This document shows, one piece after another, positions 1 to 8,728 of a stretch of DNA of 64,000 nucleotides. This DNA is from Deltaproteobacteria bacterium (GTDB lineage Bacteria > Myxococcota_A > Polyangia > Fen-1088): the NCBI GenBank assembly GCA_033763315.1, contig JANRKS010000002.1, positions 416,001 to 480,000 of the forward strand, in the 5' to 3' direction. Under the pieces are notes generated by a model. That model searched no databases. It saw nothing but the letters and a program-made list of their open reading frames with translations, and was not told where the DNA came from. Both the position numbers and the translations under genes were made by a program. Positions within the stretch are counted from its first letter, which is position 1. Each line of letters begins with the position of its first letter.

Positions 1-61
1 GTGCTTCGTTGCGCGGCCCTTTTCTTTTGGGCATCGTGAGCCCATGCAGTAGCGTTGGTGG

Positions 62-271
62 ATGAATCGATCTTCGGAGGCTCAACGCTGCCCGCTTTGT
101 GAGCAAGCCAACGCGTGTGCGGTGGCCGCGGGGCGCGAGCCAGGGTCGTGTTGGTGCATGAGCGCGATGGCCGCACCGGGCGTCAAAGAGCGATTGGCTG
201 CGACACCCGATCGGTGTGCCTGCCAACGCTGCTTCACCTCCGTGGCGCCAAGCGAGGTAGAGGCTACCTAA
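62..271 (+). CDS. Cysteine-rich CWC family small protein
   Basis: 69 aa with CPLC..NAC...SCWC...CAC.RC pattern typical of the Cys-rich CWC family. Confidence 0.8.
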   Translation: MNRSSEAQRCPLCEQANACAVAAGREPGSCWCMSAMAAPGVKERLAATPDRCACQRCFTSVAPSEVEAT

Positions 272-749
272 TTGGGCCGATGCCGAAATCGAGGCCGCTT
301 TGGTCTCGGCGCACCTGTATAAGGCGCGCGTTGCCGGGATCGCTAAACGGCAACACAGTGCTGCCGTCATAATAGCCGCCCAGATCGCCTGAGCCGATTG
401 TGCCGTCGCCATTGAGATCCACGCCCACAAAAAAACTGAACGCGTCGCCTGAGGCCAGCTGCTTTACCCGCCAAGACACACTACTGGTGTCGGCCGGTGC
501 GGGCGCTTGGACCACTTCGTCAAAGACGCCGAGCGCGGAGGGGCGACCCACGGTGATGCCCAAGAACGCCTGTGCCCCCTTGGGTATCACAGTGGCGCTG
601 CGCACGGTGCCCGTGACGGTGAGATAGCCCATGCGGTTTGGATCGCGGGGCGCCAGCGTCAAAGCCAGTTCGTCTGAAGTGGCGCCGCCTCCACAGGTGG
701 CGGTGAACGTGGCGAACAACAGCAGGCAGCGCAAAACAGCCGTGGGCAT
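264..749 (-). CDS. Hypothetical exported/lipoprotein (Ig-like fold, possible DxNGDG Ca-binding loop)
   Basis: Start re-assigned to ATG 749 (MPTAVLRCLLLFATFTATC, signal/lipobox-like); contains VDLNGDGTIGSGD. Confidence 0.6.
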   Translation of the reverse strand: MPTAVLRCLLLFATFTATCGGGATSDELALTLAPRDPNRMGYLTVTGTVRSATVIPKGAQAFLGITVGRPSALGVFDEVVQAPAPADTSSVSWRVKQLASGDAFSFFVGVDLNGDGTIGSGDLGGYYDGSTVLPFSDPGNARLIQVRRDQSGLDFGIGPIR

Positions 750-828
750 GATCACGCAGTTTACAACCTGCGTTGCGTTGTGGCGGTCCGTGTTTCCCGA
801 TTCGGTGTGGCCTGCCGTTGATACGTTG

Positions 829-1872
829 ATGCAAATCCGCTCGCCCTCAAAACGTTTGTTGTGGATGGCCGCTTGCGCTCTGGTCGCAGCCCCCGGATGC
901 CTTGGCAAGAAGACCGGCGCGGCCCCGGGGGTGCAATTGGTGCCCGACGACAACGCAAAGGCACCCACCGACAATCCCTTTGTCGGCGCCAAATATTGGA
1001 TCGATCCCGACAACGTCCCGAAAGGGTTGGCCCGGCGCTGGCGCAGCGATCGACCCGATGATGCGGCCTTGATGGACAAGCTGGCGGCGCAACCGTCGGC
1101 GATGTGGGTGGGGGATTGGGTGCCCGAAGTGGAGGGCTGGGTGATGCGCCAAACGCGCAAGCACGCCCGGGGCGGTTTCTTGCCGGTGTTCGTAGCCTAT
1201 AACATCCCCAAGCGCGACTGCGGCCAGTATTCCAAAGGCGGCGCGGACGCTGCCCCCGCTTATAAGGATTGGATTGCCAAGTTCGCGCGCGGCATCGGCA
1301 ATCGCAAAGCCGTGGTGATTCTTGAGCCCGACGCTTTGCCGCTGATGGACAAGTGTTTGGACGCCAACGACCAAAAGGAACGCTTGGCCTTGATCAGGTG
1401 GGCTGTGGGTGTGTTCGCTGGCCTCGGCAACACGTATGTGTATCTGGATGCGGGACACTCCGATTGGGTGCCTGCAGATGAAATGGCCAAGCGCCTGATG
1501 CAAGCGGGTGTGGATCACGCCACCGGATTCGCGTTGAACGTTTCTAACTACAAGAGCAACGAAGATCTCATAGCGTTTGGCTCCAAAATTTCAGGTGCCA
1601 CAGGCGGCAAGCCTTTCATCATCGATACCAGCCGCAATGGCAACGGCCCACCCGAAGCCACGGGCGACACCGAAGCCTCGTGGTGCAACCCGCGCGGCCG
1701 CGCGATCGGGTCGTCCCCCACAACGGAAACGGGCAACCCGTTGGTGCACGCGTTCTTCTGGATCAAAAAGCCGGGCGAATCAGACGGCGAGTGCAATGGT
1801 GGGCCCAAGGCCGGCCAGTGGTGGACGGAGATCGCACTTGAACTGGCGAAAGGCCCTGCGGCCAAGCCGTAA
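829..1872 (+). CDS. Glycoside hydrolase family 6 (endoglucanase/cellobiohydrolase) lipoprotein
   Basis: GH6 motifs YNIPKRDC, ILEPDAL, YLDAGHSDW, NVSNY, IDTSRNG, WCNP, WIKKPGESDG; lipobox-like APGC; start estimated at ATG 829. Confidence 0.93.
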   Translation: MQIRSPSKRLLWMAACALVAAPGCLGKKTGAAPGVQLVPDDNAKAPTDNPFVGAKYWIDPDNVPKGLARRWRSDRPDDAALMDKLAAQPSAMWVGDWVPEVEGWVMRQTRKHARGGFLPVFVAYNIPKRDCGQYSKGGADAAPAYKDWIAKFARGIGNRKAVVILEPDALPLMDKCLDANDQKERLALIRWAVGVFAGLGNTYVYLDAGHSDWVPADEMAKRLMQAGVDHATGFALNVSNYKSNEDLIAFGSKISGATGGKPFIIDTSRNGNGPPEATGDTEASWCNPRGRAIGSSPTTETGNPLVHAFFWIKKPGESDGECNGGPKAGQWWTEIALELAKGPAAKP

Positions 1873-1922
1873 AGCGCCTTGCGACGGGGGCGGGCGACGC
1901 GCTTGCTATACTGCGCCGCCTC

Positions 1923-2939
1923 GTGAGTGTTTTGCAGAGCCTTGGCTGGGGCCCGTTCTTTCAGTCGCAGATCAAAGTGCCGTTGCCGACGGGCGCGGAA
2001 GTGGCGCGCGTTGTGGAAGAGCAGAAGCGATATCATTTCGTTGCCACCGAACGCGGAGCGCTGTTGGCGCGCATCAATGGCAAACTTCGCCACGGCGCCG
2101 GTAGCCGCGCGCATTTACCATCCGTGGGCGATTTCGTGATCGTGCAGCCGCGCCACGAGGATGGCACCGCCACCATCACGCAGGTGTTGGAGCGGCGCTC
2201 AAAGTTGTCACGCAAAGAGCCTGGCACCGAAGACGAACAAGTCCTGTGCGCGAACGTTGACGTGGCGTTTGTGGTGCAAGGCCTCGATGGTGAGCCGAAC
2301 CTGCGCCGCCTCGAACGTTTCTTGGCCACCGCGGCGCGCGGCAACGTGAAAGCCGTGGTGGTTCTGACAAAAGCGGATTTGCGCACGCCGGATGATGTGC
2401 GTGCGCTTGTGGGTCAAGTGCAAGCGCTGGCGCCTTGCACCCCGGTGTTGGCGGTCAACGCACCGAATGCCGTGGGCCTGGACGACGTACGCACGCACTT
2501 GGGGCCGGGTGTGAGCGCCGTGGTGGTGGGGCCTTCAGGCGCGGGAAAATCAACGCTCTTGAACCATCTGGCTGGTCAGGATCTGCGCGCCGTTTCGCAA
2601 GTGAGGCAATGGGACAACAAGGGCCGGCACACCACCACCGCGCGCACTCTGTTCACGTTGGCCGATGGCACGCTGTTGATCGACACGCCGGGCATTCGCG
2701 AGATTGAACCTTGGGATGCCGCCCCGGGCTTGGACGAGGTGTTCGATGACATCAAACGCCTGTCAGCCGATTGCCGCTTCCGTGATTGCACACATCAAAA
2801 GGAACCTGGTTGCGTGGTGCGGGCCGCGGTAGATGCCGGTTCGCTGCCCCGCGATCGATACGAAGCGTTTATTAAGCTGCAAACCGAAGCGCGTTTGCAG
2901 CGCGAAAAACAATCGCCGTGGCTTAAGCCGCGCCGTTAA
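1923..2939 (+). CDS. rsgA: Ribosome small subunit-dependent GTPase A
   Basis: Circularly permuted GTPase motifs TKAD, GPSGAGKS, GRHTT, DTPG and C-terminal zinc motif CRFRDCTHQKEPGC. Confidence 0.95.
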   Translation: MSVLQSLGWGPFFQSQIKVPLPTGAEVARVVEEQKRYHFVATERGALLARINGKLRHGAGSRAHLPSVGDFVIVQPRHEDGTATITQVLERRSKLSRKEPGTEDEQVLCANVDVAFVVQGLDGEPNLRRLERFLATAARGNVKAVVVLTKADLRTPDDVRALVGQVQALAPCTPVLAVNAPNAVGLDDVRTHLGPGVSAVVVGPSGAGKSTLLNHLAGQDLRAVSQVRQWDNKGRHTTTARTLFTLADGTLLIDTPGIREIEPWDAAPGLDEVFDDIKRLSADCRFRDCTHQKEPGCVVRAAVDAGSLPRDRYEAFIKLQTEARLQREKQSPWLKPRR

Positions 2940-4642
2940 AGCTTTCGGCCCGCGGTGGCGCGGTTGCCCCGAAACAAGCCGTCGTTGTCGCGATCCAAGA
3001 ATAAGGGGCTCGTGACCGCAAAGGCTGGCAATCCAGGCTCTTGCCCCGCTCGTGGTGGGCACTTGGGCGAGCCGTACTGAATGATTGCGTTGTATTCGCC
3101 GACGATCAACGGCGGCAACGGCAATTGGCTGTCAGTTTCAACGGTGACGAATGCATCTTCGTCGCCCAGGGCCAGCGACTCGTCAATTCTGAAATCGACG
3201 GCGCCACCGTTGCGAGGAATGGTCCACGTCTTTGCCACCGTTCCATTGACCAGCAGCCTCACAGTGTCCACGGTCACCCAGTTGGCGCCTTGCACACGAA
3301 TTGCAAGCGGCAGGGTTTGCGGCGCGTTCATCATGAAGTCACCTTCGACGAAAGCGCCGCTGCGAAGTGTGACGAGCGGCGCGTTCGAAGCGCTGGTGTG
3401 TCTGGCGCGGATCGCTTGGACCAAGAGTCCTGCGGAGAACCGCTTCAAGTTGTCGTCGCCCACGTTGATCCATGTGCGGGGATAGCCGGGCACCATCGCG
3501 GCTGTGTAATGTGAATCAGATCCGCCCACGGCCGCGGAGGTGAAGTTATATGATGCCAAGGCCAACCACGTCTCGGTGGCGTCGCGCATGCGCGTGCCAC
3601 ACGATTGCCAGCCGTTCAGCAATTCCGTGGCGTCGAAGTCTTGCGGACACGGTGGCGGTGCGGAAAAGTCGCGCTTGGCCCACGCACCACAGAAGCCTTC
3701 ATCGAAATACGCCTGCCACCCGAGGCGCGGGTGGTTAAGAACAACAATGGGTCGCCCCGGAATCGTGCGTAAATCCTGAAAGAACTGCGGCAGCGGCCAC
3801 GGGCGAACCACGGGCGCGCCCTTGCCCGGCTTCGCGGCGTCACGGACGATCGGAAAGAGTCCCCAGTGGGAATTCGTGCCTGATTTTTCTTCGCCGATCA
3901 CCGTCACCAAGGGCGCGGTGCCTTTCGGCCACAGCGACGCGACCACGGCGCCCAGGTCCGCGAGGGTGTCGTGATTGGCCCCGACTATGACGTCCAGTCC
4001 ATTCACCGCCGCCACCTTGAGTTGGCTGCCGCCCGTGGTGAATGCGTCAGGAGAATCAGGCGCCGCGTGCGTGTGCACGTCAGCGGACAGATATCCGGCA
4101 GAGTCGACGGTCCGCTTGAGCTCAACATCGAAGGCCACGTCGCCGCCTGCCGAAAGATCGGCTTGCAGCTCAACGGCGTCGTATTCCACGCCGCGCGAAA
4201 CTGTAATTTTGTAAAGCCCTGGCACGACTTGCGAGACGGTTTTCGCTGTGCCATTGACGTCCCGGTGTTCCCAAGGTTTGCCGGCGATGAATGTGCCTTC
4301 ACCTTTCCAAAGGGCCAGGCCGTGGCGAAAAGCGAACATGGCCTCGCCGCCCTTGCCTAGCTCAACCGCTGAGGCGCCTTGTGACCAGCCCGGCAGATCT
4401 GCAAAGTTGCCGAACGTCACGGGTTCTCCCGTGGCCGTGTGAAAGTTCACCAACGCTGGTATCAACTGCTTGGTGTCCGCGTCCCGCACGGTCAGTCGCA
4501 ACCGGCTTTGCGTCTTGTCCGCCGCATGCACGGTGGCGTCGCCCGAACATGACCCCTGCAAGCACGCCAATGCGGATACCCACAGCAGCGCCGCTGGGGC
4601 GAACACAAGCAAGGTCGCGAACACGGTTTGACGTTGTGTCAT
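2936..4642 (-). CDS. Exported PHP-domain metallohydrolase (CehA/McbA-like)
   Basis: Signal peptide; ADVHTHA, ANHD, LNHPR, GGSDSH metal-binding motifs; PGLYKITVSRGVEY segment. Confidence 0.82.
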   Translation of the reverse strand: MTQRQTVFATLLVFAPAALLWVSALACLQGSCSGDATVHAADKTQSRLRLTVRDADTKQLIPALVNFHTATGEPVTFGNFADLPGWSQGASAVELGKGGEAMFAFRHGLALWKGEGTFIAGKPWEHRDVNGTAKTVSQVVPGLYKITVSRGVEYDAVELQADLSAGGDVAFDVELKRTVDSAGYLSADVHTHAAPDSPDAFTTGGSQLKVAAVNGLDVIVGANHDTLADLGAVVASLWPKGTAPLVTVIGEEKSGTNSHWGLFPIVRDAAKPGKGAPVVRPWPLPQFFQDLRTIPGRPIVVLNHPRLGWQAYFDEGFCGAWAKRDFSAPPPCPQDFDATELLNGWQSCGTRMRDATETWLALASYNFTSAAVGGSDSHYTAAMVPGYPRTWINVGDDNLKRFSAGLLVQAIRARHTSASNAPLVTLRSGAFVEGDFMMNAPQTLPLAIRVQGANWVTVDTVRLLVNGTVAKTWTIPRNGGAVDFRIDESLALGDEDAFVTVETDSQLPLPPLIVGEYNAIIQYGSPKCPPRAGQEPGLPAFAVTSPLFLDRDNDGLFRGNRATAGRKL

Positions 4643-4798
4643 GAGGGGCCGAGGGGGCGCTTACAGGACCGACCCGCATGTTTTAGCAGAAGGCAAGGGC
4701 TGCCTGTTAACGTTGCGGTGACGTTTGCGTCCCTTTGCCCGAAACCTCACCGCGCTGGCGCGATGGATTCCAGCAAAAACCAAGGCTTACAGGGCGCC

Positions 4799-7768
4799 TC
4801 ACCGAAGCGTTTTGGGCTCGAGATCTCGTGAAAGGGACACCGAAGCGCCCGTCAGTGCGTCCACACTTACCGCCACGTCCAACTCTTTGCCACTGATCGA
4901 GCCGTGACAACCACCGCACACAGCGTTGAAAAGCTTCCGAGGCACACCGGGCGTGATCACTTCGCCGGGGCTCACTTGATGCTCCTCCGTCATCGTGAAC
5001 ACAGGTTTGCCCGCGCCATCCACCAACTCAAGAATCACGGCTTTGCCAACCGGCAACGTCACCTTCAGGGACCCATCTGTTTCAAGCGGGGCCGTACCCA
5101 AAGGCTTGCGCACTGAGTATACCTTTTCGGTGCCGCTCAGTTGCGCCGGATCGGTCACCGCGGTTGTGGGCGCTGTGACTTCGTACACGCGAAGCGCTTT
5201 GCCTTTGTCCATCGCGGCCACGTTTCTGCCGCGCCGCAAGTTAGAGCCCAGCAACGTCGCCAACATCGGCAGGTCGGGCAAGTGCATCACAGCGGCGGGG
5301 GCCTTGGGATCGAAGTGCCCACCGAAGACCAGTTGCGGAACGTTGTTGAACAGCTGCCGGCTCGCACGTTTATACCCAAGCGCAGCTTCAACCAAGGATT
5401 CCGCGCCGCCTGGCACCAAGGTTCGCTGCGCGTTCGTTGTGGGATCCACCAGAACCAAATCATACCGGGGCACATCGGCCGCGGGATCAGCGACGTTGGA
5501 TGCATAGCTCACCAAGATCTCGCCATTGGTCGTGGGGTAAGGCGAGCGGTATACGCCCTTGGTGCCAGCGCGCCCCGTGACAGCCGGGTTCACGAACGTC
5601 AAAGCCCGCAGGAATTGAGGCTCGCCGCGCCCTTCTTCGAAGGGACCCACCGAGCGGTTGAACAAGCCCAGCGCACCACCTGCGCCTTTGGCGGTTAAGT
5701 CGGACAACACCACCAAGAAGTTCCGGTCCAAGTCTTCGCGAATCTCGGTGGCCTGTGCGTATCCCACCGACGGTCGCATCTTTCCGAAGGTATCGTCCGA
5801 TTCTTTCCGTTGAGCGATGAGCGGGTGATAATCGCTGAGATCCCAATTGATGCGGCGGCCTGACACTTGATAAAAATCAGGCGTGGCCTTCTCTGCCGTG
5901 AACGACAGTTGACCGTTGGCCATGAAGGCCGGTGAAAGCTCCGAGTTTGTCAGGAACGTCATACGCTCAGGGGCTGCGAAATTCAGATCCGCGCCCACGC
6001 GGTAAAGATCCGCGTTTGGCAAAAAGCGCTTGAGCGTCAACGTGCCTGCGCGGGTGGACGAAAACACAATGGCACCGTTGGGCGCAAATACAGGATCGAA
6101 GTTGTGAACGCGCACGTCGCCAACCTTGCGGCCGGCGTCATTGGTCAAGCGCGTGCATGCGTTGGTGGCGAGATCCAGCATCCACAGATCCAAACCGACG
6201 TTCGCCCCGGGGCGCGCGGCGAACACCAATTTGCTGCCATCGAAGCTGAACTCAGGGCCACGCACGTCGAGCCCGGCGCCTGCCGTGAGCCCCACGCAGC
6301 CAGCAAGAGCGCTGCGCACGTTGTCCACCTTCTCAATGCGGCCCGCAGCGTCCATCGTGGCGTCGGCCAACTTGAGATCGGCGCCGCCGGCAAAAGTATC
6401 AAACTCAAGCAAACCGTCGGCGCTGGGTGGGCGAGAGACGAACGCCAGTGGCAAGCTGCTGCCAGTGGTAAAGGCCGACACATCTGCCTTGTGGGCTTCG
6501 CGTTCCAGTGTGTGCCACTGCACCAACGTACAAAAGGCCGTGGCGGTTTCGGCGTTGAACGGCGAAGGGCAGGGCTTGGTGACATCTTCGTTCGGGCTCT
6601 CGAACAGAGAGCCGCCGCGATGAGCGATGCCGCCGTTGGAGGGGAAGATGTTCTTACGCACCAACCGAGACATCCGCACGTCCGGTGAATCGAGCGACAC
6701 AAACTCACGTAGGGCCGTCTCGTAGTTGCGTCGGATGGCAAACGTCGACATAAAGCCAAGCGCACCAGGCCGCAACCGGAAGTCATTAAACCCGTTGGGG
6801 CTGTGACACGCTTCAAGCGAGCAGCCGCGCCGAATCAGAACCGGCATCACGTTGTCGCCAAAGAAGGCTTCAGCGGGAGTGCGCGCCGCCAGCTCCACGG
6901 GGGCTTTTTGCACGAGGTCCGCAAAGGCGCGTAGCTTCTTCCAGGTGTCATCGCCCGTTGAAGAGAAGAAAGCGCCACCTGTGTGGTTCACGCCGCCGCC
7001 TTTGGGGTCAAGCGGGCGCAGCAAAAGTTCGCTTTGTTCCACGGCACGCCCCGCGGGGGCCACGAAGCTAGAAATGCGCAAGAAGTTGAAGTCCTTCTGC
7101 TCGTCGGTGTCGCCACAAGTGACGTAAAAGTCGGATTGGGGCGAGCCATGGCACGTGCTGTATGAGCATGAGGCGCGCACAAACGGCTGCACATCTGTTG
7201 CGTAGGCCTTGTAGCTCGCGCTGTTGCGATCCACCATGGGCCGTGTTTCGTCGGCCGGCACAGTGCTGTTGCAACCTCCCGACCCCTGGCGCCGATCTCT
7301 GTTTTCGGGCAAACCGGTTCGCGAAGCGCCGTTCGACAACCACCGCTTAAGCAGCTCGAAGGCATCCGAATTGCGCGTGAGCGGTTTGCCACCGGCGTGC
7401 CTAATCTCGCTGGTGAACGTTTTGCCACCAAACGGAATGAACGTGGTTTCCTCGGGGATCGCTTTGAGCAGCATCAAGGGCTCAGGGTACGAGCCGTACG
7501 TGCGCAGCACATCGGGACGTTGGCGCACCGCCTCGAACGATGACAAGTCTAAGTTGCCAAGCGCCGTGCCGGTGGCCGGGTCAATCTTGTGGCACGGGGA
7601 TGTGTTGCCCACGCAGAACGAATTGAACACCGGTTGAATCTGGGTGTCGTAGAACCGGTTTTCCGGAACGGCCGCGCGTTCGCAGGCGCCAAGCGGAAGC
7701 AGGGCCGCGAACGTCAGCCACCGCACATGAGAAGCAAAACGCCGAACTTGGAAGGGCACGTCGCTCAT
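4799..7768 (-). CDS. Large c-type heme lipoprotein with TolB/PD40-like propeller and hydrazine synthase alpha-like C-terminal domain
   Basis: Lipobox LPLGAC; CVGNTSPCH, CSYSTCH, CSLEACH, CGGCH; propeller repeats (GPEFSFDGSKLVFA, FDPVFAPNGAIVFSS); LGTAPLETDGSLKVTLP..LELVD HZS-alpha-like segment. Confidence 0.72.
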   Translation of the reverse strand: MSDVPFQVRRFASHVRWLTFAALLPLGACERAAVPENRFYDTQIQPVFNSFCVGNTSPCHKIDPATGTALGNLDLSSFEAVRQRPDVLRTYGSYPEPLMLLKAIPEETTFIPFGGKTFTSEIRHAGGKPLTRNSDAFELLKRWLSNGASRTGLPENRDRRQGSGGCNSTVPADETRPMVDRNSASYKAYATDVQPFVRASCSYSTCHGSPQSDFYVTCGDTDEQKDFNFLRISSFVAPAGRAVEQSELLLRPLDPKGGGVNHTGGAFFSSTGDDTWKKLRAFADLVQKAPVELAARTPAEAFFGDNVMPVLIRRGCSLEACHSPNGFNDFRLRPGALGFMSTFAIRRNYETALREFVSLDSPDVRMSRLVRKNIFPSNGGIAHRGGSLFESPNEDVTKPCPSPFNAETATAFCTLVQWHTLEREAHKADVSAFTTGSSLPLAFVSRPPSADGLLEFDTFAGGADLKLADATMDAAGRIEKVDNVRSALAGCVGLTAGAGLDVRGPEFSFDGSKLVFAARPGANVGLDLWMLDLATNACTRLTNDAGRKVGDVRVHNFDPVFAPNGAIVFSSTRAGTLTLKRFLPNADLYRVGADLNFAAPERMTFLTNSELSPAFMANGQLSFTAEKATPDFYQVSGRRINWDLSDYHPLIAQRKESDDTFGKMRPSVGYAQATEIREDLDRNFLVVLSDLTAKGAGGALGLFNRSVGPFEEGRGEPQFLRALTFVNPAVTGRAGTKGVYRSPYPTTNGEILVSYASNVADPAADVPRYDLVLVDPTTNAQRTLVPGGAESLVEAALGYKRASRQLFNNVPQLVFGGHFDPKAPAAVMHLPDLPMLATLLGSNLRRGRNVAAMDKGKALRVYEVTAPTTAVTDPAQLSGTEKVYSVRKPLGTAPLETDGSLKVTLPVGKAVILELVDGAGKPVFTMTEEHQVSPGEVITPGVPRKLFNAVCGGCHGSISGKELDVAVSVDALTGASVSLSRDLEPKTLR

Positions 7769-7850
7769 TGTAATCGGAGGTTTCGCCCCTCGCCCGCAGA
7801 AGTCGCGAGGGGCTGTGGGCGTATGTACTCAAACGCGAGGTTCGCGGTCG

Positions 7851-8726
7851 CTACGGTGCCAGCTTCGCCAGCGCAGCGGTGGCCAACGAGCGCACGAACG
7901 GATTCGTGTCCTGGCTGGCCGCGCGCTCAAGCGCAGGGCCTGCAATCGAAGCCGAAGCGTGAATCTCGCCCAGCGCCCAGGCGGCCTTCTTGCGAACCAG
8001 ATCACTCGGATCATTTCCAACCAAGTGGCTCAGTTGTTCAGCGGCGTCGCGGGCAGAAGGTGACGCTTGCGCCGCCGAACGCGTGGCGGCCACCGAGTAG
8101 ATCGCCTCAACGCGCACCTTTTCGTCGCTGTCTGTAAGCAAACCAACGGCGAGCGTTGGATCATTGTAGCCCCGCAGCTTGCGCAAGCTTTCCGCCGCCG
8201 CGGCTCGCACCGCAGGTTCACGCGCCTTCATGGCGTCGCCCAGCGCCGACAATCCTTCCATGTCGCCAATCTCCCCCAAAGCGTGGGCCATTGCCGCACG
8301 CGCTTCATCGTTGAAGATGGGGTTGTTCAAAGCTGCGCCCAGGGGCTTGATGCTTTTGTAGGCACGCATTTCACCCAAAACATCGGCGGCGTTGCGCGCG
8401 AGCTTCGAATCGGGCTGAGACAGACGTTGCAACATTTGCAGTGACATTTCCGAACGCAGGCCGCGCCGTGACAGCCACCACGCCGCCACCTTACGCACGC
8501 GCGTGTCTTCATGGTCCACCAATGGCAGCACCATTTGCACGCATGCATGGCACACCAAAGTTTCCGATCGCTCAAGCTCTGCCTCGATGGATTCAACCGA
8601 GCCTGAACCTATCGCCCGCTGGATCGCACCGGGGCTTGAACCGCGGCCAGCGAAAGCCGGTTCTGCGCACAAACCCAACAGCAACGCAGAGGCAACGAAA
8701 GACGTCTTCATGGTCGTAAACTTCAT
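7851..8726 (-). CDS. Secreted HEAT-repeat protein with CxxC
   Basis: Signal peptide ending AEPAFA; repeated D..VR..AA.ALG HEAT/PBS-lyase-like units; CHAC motif near the N-terminus. Confidence 0.85.
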   Translation of the reverse strand: MKFTTMKTSFVASALLLGLCAEPAFAGRGSSPGAIQRAIGSGSVESIEAELERSETLVCHACVQMVLPLVDHEDTRVRKVAAWWLSRRGLRSEMSLQMLQRLSQPDSKLARNAADVLGEMRAYKSIKPLGAALNNPIFNDEARAAMAHALGEIGDMEGLSALGDAMKAREPAVRAAAAESLRKLRGYNDPTLAVGLLTDSDEKVRVEAIYSVAATRSAAQASPSARDAAEQLSHLVGNDPSDLVRKKAAWALGEIHASASIAGPALERAASQDTNPFVRSLATAALAKLAP

Positions 8727-8728
8727 GG

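Noticed and set aside
264-1160. Long N-terminal extensions of ORFs 264..1160(-) and 631..1872(+), and similarly 10983, 28288, 34910, 40866 and 50294 starts
   Set aside because: The extensions overlap neighbouring genes and precede obvious signal peptides or domain starts; shorter starts were chosen.
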